A stretch of DNA of 60,752 bases, counting the filler, from Platydemus manokwari (Eukaryota), in the NCBI GenBank assembly GCA_037951405.1. It is 4 parts of 4 records of this genome, joined end to end, with 100 filler letters (N's around TTAATTAATTAA, not from the genome) between each part and the next. Parts side by side here need not be neighbours in the genome. Positions count along the whole stretch, not along the records: positions 1 to 24,424 come from JBBMOY010333335.1; 3 more parts are not named here. One strand, 5' to 3'. The notes under the pieces are model-generated. The model was not told where the DNA came from. It saw only the letters and a program-made list of their open reading frames with translations, and did no database searches. A program made the translations under genes and the position numbers. The number at the start of each line of letters is the position of its first letter. Within the stretch, counting starts at the first letter, position 1. This document shows positions 1 to 11,199 of this stretch, one piece after another.

Positions 1-1869
1 TCTCCTTGTATTTGATGTTCTATCATTCCCCTATATATTTTTCTCCAACATCTTTCTTTGGTTAAGCTGATGTGCTGTGTCACTTTTAGCCGAAAATCTC
101 TTCTGGGTGTGTTTTGATTACTTACTATGACGACTCCGGGATGGCTCTGTATAATAAACTTTGCAAATTTATCATCATCCACCATATATCTTATAATTGA
201 TTGATGACAATTTTGTTCACTCCCTGGTATTATTAATAATAGTGCTGATGCTGCCAAGGCTATTCTTGACGCTACTGGCCTTGCTGCTGCTCTTCTTAAT
301 GTATGCATTCTTACTCCTATTCCTCTGCGGCCTAATACTCGTCTGCTAAAAGCTGCCATTGCTATAGCTACGATCAATATCGTTATGACTACCGCCACTG
401 TTATTACTGCCTTTACGGCCTTTTCGCTTTGCTGATATTCCTGATACAAGTGGTTACTTTCATACTTCATCTTTTCTTCCCTGTTTCGAGCAATGAGCAT
501 TACTTTGTCCTTATTCTCCTGATATTTCCTCTTTTCATTAATGTACTTTTCTACTCTCTTTCGCAATCTATGATTATCTCTCAGTACTCTATAGTATTCT
601 AATTCATAATTAGGTTTACTAATTTCCTTATTTGTTTCTTTTTTTTGCTTCATAAATCTCTATTGAGTTGTGTGCTACTTGTTGTGGTTTGTGGATTATT
701 ACGATTATCGTTCCTACTGTTACTACTTTTTCCTGTCCCTTGTTTTTTATTGTTAGTTCCACTTTGTATGTCACTTGCCATGTTTCATTGGTGAGCTCCT
801 TTTGCTGTATTAATTTGAACTTTCCAGTTTTTATTTTATATTCGTCTATGCTTATTATCGTTTCGTTTCTATTTTTTCTCCTCATTTTCATGTTCCTTCT
901 TATACTATTGCTTCCCAATATTACTCCTTCCGTGGCGTATGCTTTTCTTCTTTCTTCATTGTTGGTCACCCATTTGTATGGCACGAATCCTCTTATTTTT
1001 ATCATATTTTGTTGGATCTCTATTTCTACTGGCAAATTGATTGGTCCAGTAATAAGTACTTCTGATGATTCCTTTATCTTTCCTATGGTCGTTGTTGTAT
1101 TCTCTTTACTTGTTACCGTCGCGTTATTCATCAGTTTCTGCGTGACACTGCTCATTGTTTCTACTATAATCATCTGTCTTATGGTGCTCATCGTATTATT
1201 TATCAAATTTTGCGTGACGTTTCCCGCTATTTTTTCTTCTGTTGTTTGTCCCATAGCGCTACCAATTACTGTTGTTATTAAACAATGCAAAAATACTATT
1301 CCAGCTATTTCCCTAATTCCGTTTTTCCTGAACACTTTCTTCGCCATCCATTGTATCATCATATGCCTTCCTGTGTAGCATGCGGTAGTTACCACTGCTT
1401 CCATTACTGCTTGACTAGCTCTTAGTACTTTTCCCCTGGTTCCTGTCCCATTTTCTTCTTCTTCTTCATATCTTCCGGCTTCATTCATTAACCTTTCTTT
1501 TTTCAATCTTGCTTCCCTTAATTGTTCCTCTAATTGTCTTATCCTGTCTTCTTCTTCTATTAATTCATTGCATACATTTTCCTTATCCCATAATTGCTCT
1601 TCTTCATCTTCTTCCCCGTGGTTTTCTATTGCCATCATCATCTTCTGAGTTATCTTCGGATTTTGACGCAATTTATTTCTATACTCCAACGCTGGCATAT
1701 CTTCTGCCTTTTTACATCGATTTATATGTACTACTGTTGGATCCGCATTCTTATTTTTAATAACATATAGGTTTGTATCAGTGACTTTTACTACCTTATA
1801 TGGCCCTTTAAATGGTCGTTGTAATTTCGGTGTCAATCCCTTTTTCGCTTCTGGTGCATAGACTCTCAC
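1..1869 (-). pseudogene. Integrase C-terminus fused to an envelope-like membrane polyprotein (one frameshift at an A run near 640)
   Basis: ORF 628-1869 contains the GPY motif, a coiled coil, a hydrophobic signal-like segment and a Thr/N-glycosylation-rich region. Removing one A near 640 continues the frame (ETNKEISKPNYEL...AVITVAVVITILIVAIAMAAF...RIALAASALLLIIPGSEQNCHQ...) without a stop to position 1. Confidence 0.65.
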
Positions 1870-4800
1870 CTTATCCTCTATCTTGAAATTATGTTCCTTT
1901 GCTTTTTGATCATAGTAGTCCTTATATTGCTCCTACTTATAATTGCTATTCAACTGAACCTTCTGGTATACCTTACTCAATCTTTCTTTCATTATTGTAA
2001 CGTATTCCTGTTCTTCCATTAACTGCAATGTCGCTGGTAGGTAGGTTAAATCTATGGGTAGAAATGTTTCTCTTAAATACATTAAATAAAACGGTGAATA
2101 TCCCGTTGTTTCATTTACTGCCGTATTATATCCAAATAAACATGGTCTTATGTATTCGTCCCAATCATCTTGTTGTTAGCTAGATGATAACATATTCTGT
2201 AAAGTTTGACTAAATGTTTCTACCAATCCATCCGTTTGTTGATGATACGAAGATGTATTTAGTTTCTTGATTTTAAATAATTCGGTTTTTTCTTGTATAA
2301 CGTTACTCAAGAAATCTTTTCCCCTATCTGTTAATAGTTTGTACTTATTCCTCTTAATTGTTGTTGGTAGCGGTCCCATGACATCCATAGCACATAACTC
2401 CATTGGTCTTGTTGCAGGCGGTATTGGTTTTAGAGGTACTTTTCTTTTCCTTCCTGTGTTTCTTCTTGTTGCGCATAACATACATTGTTTACACCATTGT
2501 TCTATGTCTTTATTCATATTTTCCCAATAATATTTCTGCCTTATTTTTCCTAAAGTCTTCTTTTTTGATAAATGTCCTCCTAATGTTCTATCATGATACA
2601 CCAACAACAGCTGTTGCTGCATTTCTGTTGGTACAACTGTTAGTAGATTTAATCCGTCTTGATATTTCATGATTCCATCTGCTGTTATCTGGTATCCTGC
2701 CGGTATTGTTTCATTATCCGTAACCACTCCTGTCTTTTTACTTTGCTCTTGCCTTCTTATTATATTTCTCCTTATTTTTTAAAATGACTATCTCTTATTT
2801 GTTCCTCTTTGATGTCTTTTTCCCCTGTTGACTTTAACATATTTTTTACAAAGGCTTCTACCGCATTTATTTCTAATATTGATTTTTCCTCCCTGTATTC
2901 CGGTATTCGTGATGATGAGTCTGCATTGGCATTTGATTTTCCTGATCGGTACATTATTTTTATATTATGATCTTGTAATTTGAGTGCCAATTTTATTAGT
3001 CTGCTCGATGTATCCCTATGCTTCATGAGGCTTTCTAATGGTTTGTGGTCAGTTTTTAATGTTATTTCTGTCCCGTATATGTATTGTCTGAATTCTTTCA
3101 ACGCAAATATTATTGCTAAACATTCCCTTTTTATTGTTGAATAATTTTTTTCCGCTCCCTTCAGCGATCTGCTGCCATGGGCTATTGTGTGATCCGATCC
3201 CCCTCATCTTGTTGTCCTAACACGACTCCAAGTGCACCTCCACTCGCATCGGTCATTATTATGAACGGCTTCTTCATATTTGGATATCTTAGTATTGGTG
3301 CTTGTGTTAAATTATGTTTTAACGTCTCAAAGGCCTGTTGCTGCTCTTTTCCCCATTTTATCTTTAACATGCTCTCCGTTTTACTTCGTTTTCCTTTTCC
3401 CCCAACTTTCTTCTTTTCAACTCCCTCTTTTTTATCCCTTTTATTTCTCATTTGTCTATATTCTTCTGCTGCTTTCTTCATTGAGTTAGGTGCGTGCATA
3501 ATTTTCCTGGAATCTTCTATAATATCCTGCCATAATTAAGAATAATTCCGCATCGTTGATTGTTTTTGAATCTGGAAACTTAGCTATTTTTTCCACTTTG
3601 GCCGGGTAGATGCTATTCCTTGTGCTGATATTATATGTCCCAAAAATGATACTGATGGTTTTGCCCATTCACATTTAGTAGGTTTTATCTTTAGTCCCGA
3701 CTTTCTTAGCCTAAAAAACAATTTTCCTGTATCTATAATATGATCGTCAAAGTTATCGGAATAGACTAAATTATCGTCTATATAAACCATAGCATGTGGT
3801 ACATCCGTTAACACCGTATTCATAAGTCGTTGAAACGTTGCTGGTGCTCCTATTAACCCAAAAGGCATCTTTACGTATTCGTATAACCCCTCTCCTAGAC
3901 AAAAAGCTGTTTTCTCTATGTCTCCCTCGGTGACTTTTACCTGATTATATCCTTTATTTAAATCTAACTTGGTGTAATATTTTGCTCCATTCAATTTGTC
4001 AAATATCTCCCTAATATTTGGCAATGGAAACAGATCTTGATTCGTTTTCTTATTCAATTCCCTGTAGTCTACGCATAACCGCACTTCTCCATCTTTCATT
4101 TTTACCGGAACCATGTATGTTTTGTATAGTGACGAACTTTTTCTTATGAATCCAAACGCTTCCATGTGTCGTATCTGCTTCTCCGATTCCTCTAGTATCT
4201 TGGTAGCTTAATGGGTGTCTCCTCCGTCATTTATATGTGTTGTATGACTTCTGTTGTCCCTACATCATATTCATGTTTTGCCATAATATCGTCATACTTC
4301 TCTATTATTTCTTGTAATCTCCGATTTTCTTCCACTGTTAGGTTTTCCTCTGCTATTTTGATTTTTGGGGAGTGTTTTATTTCCCCTAATACTGCAAATT
4401 GGTTGCTTTTAATTACTTTAGCTTTTACGCATCTTTCTAATACCATACTCGTTCACAATATTTTGATTTTATTTCCATAGTTAGTCACTCTTAGTGGATA
4501 GTATCCATCCTGTGCTGTTGCCAAAACTGAACTCATTTGAATTTCATCATCTATCTGTCGTGGTTCAAACATTAACGTTTCATTGGTTGCTTCTACCGGA
4601 ATCATTAATACGCTTTCGCATCTTGCTGGTAATCTGACTATCTCTTGTATTCCTAACTTATCGTCTTTTTATTGGGGTATTTGCTTGTATGATATTGTAG
4701 CGTCTTCAAGTCCAAAACTACTCCTGCTAATTCTCCTAATAAATCCATTCTTATCAGTATGTTGTTTAGTCCCTCTGTTAATACATTGATTTCATGATCT

Positions 4801-5350
4801 ATCTATATATTTATAAACGCTATGTTTATCGTTACCTTTCACGCTGTCTCAATCCTTTTTCCTCCTGCTCCTACAAGAACATCTTTATCCTTTCTTATCG
4901 TTGTCTGCTCGTAATCATTGAGTAATTCCTTTCTAATCATTGATGCTTCCGCTTCTGTATCTATTAACGCTCTTGCTAACCTATTGTTCATTAACACTGT
5001 TACTATGGGCCTATGTCCTTTTCCTGCGCTGAGTGTATGGCGTATACGTGCTTTACGTTTCTGATTAACGGGTCTTTTTTTTCGTTCATCATCTGTCTTT
5101 CCATTGTATATGGGTAATACTCGTTCATGTTTCTACATCCTGGCATTGATTGTTCAAATAGCTTCTCTTTTCTTACACCATATCTTACTTCCCAATCGTC
5201 ATATCCTAATGGATCATTTGAAGGTATTTCTTGTTTCATCGTAGGGTTATACATTCCTAATTCGTTCATCGTCCACATTCCTCCTCCTCTGACTTGTTTG
5301 TTTTCTGCTTTTATTTGTTCCAACACGCTCTTATGATGTGTCAACATCAT
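1..5350 (-). mobile_element. Decayed Ty3/Gypsy LTR retrotransposon internal region (protease-RT-RNase H-integrase plus env-like extension); runs off the window edge
   Basis: Minus-strand motifs in Gypsy order: protease ALIDTEA (~4950, DTGA mutated); RT LCVDYRELN, MPFGL, YIDD (3584-4165); RNase H TDASG and TDHKPL (2772-3499); integrase H-H-C-C zinc finger, DVMGP and TDRG (2176-2727); GPY motif (~1800). Multiple frameshifts and stops. No LTR seen in the window. Confidence 0.95.
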
Positions 5351-5610
5351 ATGCTTTGCAATTGGTGGACATATAGAACATAGTATTTTCTATGAACACC
5401 CAAAAATCTCTTGTCGTGTTTTCCCCGACATTTGTGATGAAAATATCATTTTAATTATTACCACTGTATAATATATTCCTAGAAAAAAGGAAAATATTGC
5501 TCCTATTTCCTGAAATCTTCGATATAAACTCTTAAATAGTTCCTTTACTGCTTGATTAAAATGATCTGCTGATAACAGTGCCTGTACCATTTCAATCACT
5601 ATGTTACATT
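5280..5610 (-). pseudogene. C-terminal fragment of a chuvirus-like viral/retroelement glycoprotein
   Basis: ORFs 5390-5599 and 5003-5350 are in the same frame, split by one TAG (probably from TGG). They read YRRFQEIGAIFSFFLGIYYTVVIIKMIF...IFGCS*KILCSICPPIAKHMML, which resembles the membrane-proximal/TM/tail pattern of chuviral glycoproteins as recalled. Confidence 0.5.
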
Positions 5611-6184
5611 TTACACTAACTTTTATCTAAATAATAGAATCGTTTGTATCTTTCTCTATTAATGATTTTAGTCAAGTTTGCTTCATAGATAATTATAAAT
5701 TATTTTTCGTACATAATTACTATTAATAATAACATTCATTTAGGGATTCGTTGAAAAAATTTAATTGATAAATTAATAATAATTGATTCTTGAATAAAAT
5801 CGACTTTGGTTTTGGGAAAAAGAATTTAAAATAAGTGAGGCTTGAGTTTATAATCAAGTATCGTTTCAAATTGCCGTCACGAATTGTAATAATTTTGGTG
5901 ACAAAATCTTCATGAGGATTGAGATATGTTGAATAAAAACTAAATCACACAGAAGAGAATAAGTTAATGTACTAATTGTTATCGTTTATACTACCTCCGT
6001 TAATATTTAAGAATTTATTTAATGTAAATTTTTAAATTATTTGAAAATTTGTAATATAAAGTTGAAATTAAATGAAATAACTTAAGTTAACTTATGGATT
6101 GTATTTTGTTTTTCTAGATCTTTTATATTATTAATAATCGTATGTATTATAAGTTTTATGTAATTTTAATTTAAATATGTTTAG

Positions 6185-9100
6185 ATGACACATTTTAAAG
6201 TAGCTAAAAGTCCATCAGATGAGCTATCAGTTACAAATAAAGTTTTTCTAAATCCTTCTGATTGGAATGCTACTCAAGAAAAGTCAGTTATAACTAGATA
6301 TTATTTTTATTATTTTCGATTTTTAGATTTATTCTCATTGAATGTTCATCAAAAAAATTTGTATTCAAAACGGGAAATGATTCCAGAGTTCCCAAAGGTT
6401 GTATTTGTCTGGGAGGATTACAAGTATTTAGAGAAATAAAAATGTTTGAAACATAATGAAATTATTTAGAGAAAATGGATGTATGCTGGTATAAGCGAAT
6501 TGGTGAAATGCTCACCATATGCAATGAAAAATAATACAATGTTAACAGAAATAGTTGTTGAATTGGATTTATTCGTGAAAAATAAGTTATATAATGATAT
6601 TGTAAATTTTAAACTGAAACGATTGTAGTTCATTAAAGGACCCAGTTGATTCGGATAAACTGGCTAGTAAATTTTTAGAGCGATTTTTTGATAATCCCGT
6701 AACGATTGGACAACTTATTTTATTCAATGCCGAAAATATAAATTTTGAAGTAATAATTAGAGAGTTGAAAGGTAAAATTAATAATAATAATGTGAATTAT
6801 AAAGAATAATTAATTAATTATAAAATTAAATTTTGTCTAAAGTTAATAAAATGTTTAATTTATTGAGTATTAAAGATATTTATTTAATAATATTCATGAA
6901 AAATATATTTGTATTGAAATGCTTAATAATGATTTGATATGTTTGAAATCAAAAATGAAATACATTAGAGCTTGAACGATTTTAATTATTGAAAGAAATA
7001 GGTCAAAATAGGTCAAATAGTAATTTATTGAAAATTATTGAGCACCTGTTTTTTAATATTAAAAGCAATTGAAGAGATTCTCCATTTGGTTTTAACAATG
7101 ATTGATTGAAAATCAAATAATATTAAATCAATAAACATGTCACCAGTTTATCAAGTGATTTTCTTGTTAAAAATAATAATAAAATCTATAAAATGCTGGA
7201 AATGTTGTCATCAGAATGGTAATGGTGATTTCACAAATTTGGTTTTGTTCCTTGTACACACCCGAATATATATATGTGTGTGTGTGTGAGCTATTTATTG
7301 AATAAATTAAACATTGCATAATAATGAAATATCTCATATAAAATAAAGCCAAATATATAAAACAATTATTATTATTATATAAAATGTGCTAATATATTGA
7401 TTTCTTCTCATTTTTATTTCCAAAACTGAAGCGTGACCATTTTACAATCAAAAATTACAAGATAAACATAAAATTAACATTTGAAATATTATTTTATATT
7501 TAATTGATCATGGGTAAGGAAGGGGTCGGATCAATGATTTATTTATGAGATTTATTGGAAGTCTCGAGCAAATATGCTTTCAAAGCTTTGATTATCAACA
7601 TCTGACTGTTAATCATTCAAAATAGTTACATGGTTATGTTTATTGATTTGATAATAAATATCTCAAATTTGATTGGTTGATATTTTATTCATGTATTAAT
7701 AATGATTGGTTGCTATTTATAGCTGCCGTGATTATCATGATTAATAAAACAATAATAAAATGTCATAATCAATCATTTATTTCAGGAGTTGATGTGAAAA
7801 ATAATACAGCTTGTAATGAGGTATTTATTGTTGATGATTTATTTATCAAAGATTTTATCATTGTTCCTCATCGAAACGTCACAGATTGAAACGGGTTTCA
7901 TTCAATCAAATACCGTTATTAAATTTGATCGAAAACCCGATGCGAAATTTATGCTGACGGGTCGTTGCAAGGCCGATAGTGCAGCAGTGAATATTTTGAA
8001 TCCTAATTGGGATTTCAATAGTATTGGTGTTGGTGGTCTTGATGAGGAATTTTCCCAAATTTTCCGACGAGCATTTATTTCACGATTATTACCGCCGGAA
8101 TATATTTCAGAACTGGGTATGATAATATATATATATACATGTGTATTGCATTGTCGATAGTGTAGAGCACGGTTTGCTATTGATTTTCTGATGTTATTAT
8201 CTCGACAGGATTGAAGCATGTGCGTGGTATATTGCTGTACGGGCCGCCTGGAACTGGTAAAACACTGACTGCTCGTCAAATTGGCAAGATGCTAAATGCT
8301 CGAGAACCGAAAATTGTTAATGGGCCATCGATTCTCGATAAATATGTCGGTGAATCTGAAGCTAATATTAGGAAATTGTTTGCTGATGCGGAAGAAGAAT
8401 ACAAGCGTATGGGCAACCAATCAGCTCTTCATATAATAATATTTGATGAAATCGATGCCATTTGTAAAGCTCGTGGATCTTTGGTGAGTTTGATTGGTTG
8501 ACGTGAGAATAATGGCTATAATAACGGCTAGCACATTATTGATTGAATCAATTCTTCAACTGTTACCATGATTACACATGCATACATACACGCGAGCGCA
8601 CACACACACACGCGCACAGAGAGAGAGAGATTTGATTGAATTGATTATTTCAGTCCGGTGGATCTGCTGTCCAAGACACGGTCGTCAATCAATTGTTATC
8701 GAAAATGGATGGCGTTGAACAATTGAATAACATTTTGGTGATTGGCATGACCAACAGGCGAGACATGATTGATGAAGCGTTATTGAGACCGGGTCGAATG
8801 GGTGTACAGATTGAGGTGCCGCTTCCCAGTGAGGCTGGTCGATTGCAAATTTTTGAAATCCACACGAAGAAAATGCGAGAGAAAAATATTCTGGGTGAAG
8901 ATGTGGACTTGCAAGAACTGGCCCGCCTGACCAAGAATTACAGCGGAGCCGAGATTGAAGGATTGGTAATGGCGGCATTGTCGAATGCCCAGATCGAGAA
9001 ATTTGATGTAATGATTTGCCAATGATAAATCCAGCACTTGCTCTTAATAAATCCTTCAGCCCAAGAAAGGAATGGCCATAAGAACGGAAGATCTGGACTC

Positions 9101-9517
9101 GTTTCGCATCTCACGTAGCCATTTTATGTATGCATTGCAACACGATGTCAAGGCTGTACGTGAGAATGGATTTGATTGGACAAAAATGTGATGTGTTTAT
9201 CTTTAATCGATATTTGATTTTCAGTTTTTTGGACGACATGAGAATGAATTGCAGGAATTTCTGGAAAATCCTGTCATTGTTTGGGGTCCTCCAATAGCTG
9301 AATTGCTTGATGAAGCTCATTCGCTAATCAAAAGCCTTCAAGATGAGAACAGCATTAGCAAAATGACCTTATTGTTGCACGGGGCATCTCATAGCGGTAA
9401 AACTGCTCTGGCTGTCCATTTGGCTCAGCAAACCGGATTCACATTTATTCGTATGTGCTCCATCCGTACCATGATAGGATTCACGGAATCCGGCCGTTGC
9501 CAGGCAATGAGCAAGGT

Positions 9518-9549
<32 letters not shown>

Positions 9550-10476
9550 GAGATTTGTTTGTGTGTCTGTCTGATACGAGCTAATAATAAATATCAATAT
9601 ATAATCAATAGGTATTCGATGACGCAATCAGAGCTCCAAGCAGTGTCATTATTCTGGATAATCTCGAACAATTAATCGGTATGGATAATTAATTAATCGA
9701 TATATTTATATACATGCTTGTGTGTGTGTGTGTGTTGATATGAATATATATTATTGATTTCTAGATTATAGCAGTATCGGGCCTCGATTCTCCATCAATC
9801 TTGTCACCAATTTGATCGGGATGATATCCAAATATGTGCCCAAGGTATTCCTCACTTATCTATCTGCCAGCATCTCTCATAAAATGTGTGTCATCAATCG
9901 ATGATGGCACCTCATATCACACCATAATCATAATCATAATCATAATCATAATATTGATTGATCGATTGATGAACAACAACAACAATAATCATTGTTTAGA
10001 ACAAGAAAATGTTGATCATTGGCACCACCGAACATCTGGGTGCGATGCGCGAGCTGGGATTGTACAATGCTTTCGGACGAAATGGAATCAAAGTTCCTCA
10101 AATCAACCACGCTTCCGAGGTTTTATCGGTGCTTGGAGAACAAGACATGTTTGACGATAAGGAATTGCATAAAATCGAATCTGGCTTGAATATGGATTTG
10201 TAAGGCATTTATTTTAATCGATTTAATCGATCAATGTTTTGTGAATGACGTCACCATTTTTATCATTGGCTCATATTTAGATCTGCAAACATGTCGATCG
10301 GCATTAAACAGTTGGTCAATGAGTGCAATGTGCTCAAATCAGTGAGTGTTCCTTCACATTTATTCACTTGTTGCCATTGATACGAGTGTTCTCATTTCCA
10401 GGTCGATAAAGAGATTCGAGTGAACAAACTGTTGGTGAAATTGCAGGCCAGTGGTGATCAGCAATTCGATTTTTAA
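6185..10476 (+). CDS. NSF: Vesicle-fusing ATPase (N-ethylmaleimide-sensitive factor), multi-exon
   Basis: N-domain start [15 protein letters not shown]; [18 protein letters not shown]; D1 Walker A GPPGTGKT; Walker B IIIFDEID; [21 protein letters not shown]; [11 protein letters not shown]; D2 [12 protein letters not shown] introns (e.g. 6283-6326, 6424-6469, 6772-7785) restore the frame; stop TAA at 10474-10476. Confidence 0.96.
6905..7160 (-). repeat. Dispersed AT-rich repeat, copy A (in an NSF intron)
   Basis: Reverse complement aligns by eye with 48335-48545 and 58525-58795 (caattgctttta..aaaa.ggtg..c..taattttcaataaatt...gacctatttt...tttgatttcaaaca). Confidence 0.7.
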
Positions 10477-11199
10477 TGTCAGCACAAATAATCAATGGAA
10501 ATTCTCAACGATTGATTTGAGAGAGAGAAGCGTTTATTAGCATAATATATGTCTTTGTGTGTGTGCGCGTGTGTGTGTGTTTTATTTGGCGTGACTGCTT
10601 GGTTAGCATTGCTAGATCGATATACATTCCTCTTTTGATGTTTATTTATTGATTTGAATAGAAACATCTTTATTATTGTTGTTGTTGCCATAGTTTTGTC
10701 TTCTCTTTATCGATTACAAGCCCGTATTTGACGAGAAATTCCTTTGTCAATTCAAAACCGATTCATAAAAAAGAAATCACTGCCAATCATATATCGATCC
10801 ATTGATAATATTTGTACACGTTTATCGGATTATTTAATAAATAATTTAATATATAAACTCAATAAATATAAACTCCATGTTTGCATTTATTGAAAGGCCA
10901 TGATTTTCTCAATTGATTTCTTGATGATTATCTTTTTCTCAAAAAATTTTTTAACGATATTTTCTATGATTGATTTTTTATATAAAGAGCATTTGAATGC
11001 CATATTTGAAACATTTTATTTATTATTTTTCACTTTTTTGTTATTGCAATTGTTTTATTTTCTTAATATTTGATATCAATTATTTCATTGTTAATAAACA
11101 ACTATTGTCAAGAGATTTATAGAATATTTTCAAATGATAAAATTATTTCGAAAAAATATAAAAATTGTTTATATGTTGTAAATGATACTGAGTTTTAAC

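Noticed and set aside
668-1378. 236-aa hydrophobic plus-strand ORF, and similar ORFs up to 5336
   Set aside because: Antisense shadows of the purine-rich Gypsy coding strand.
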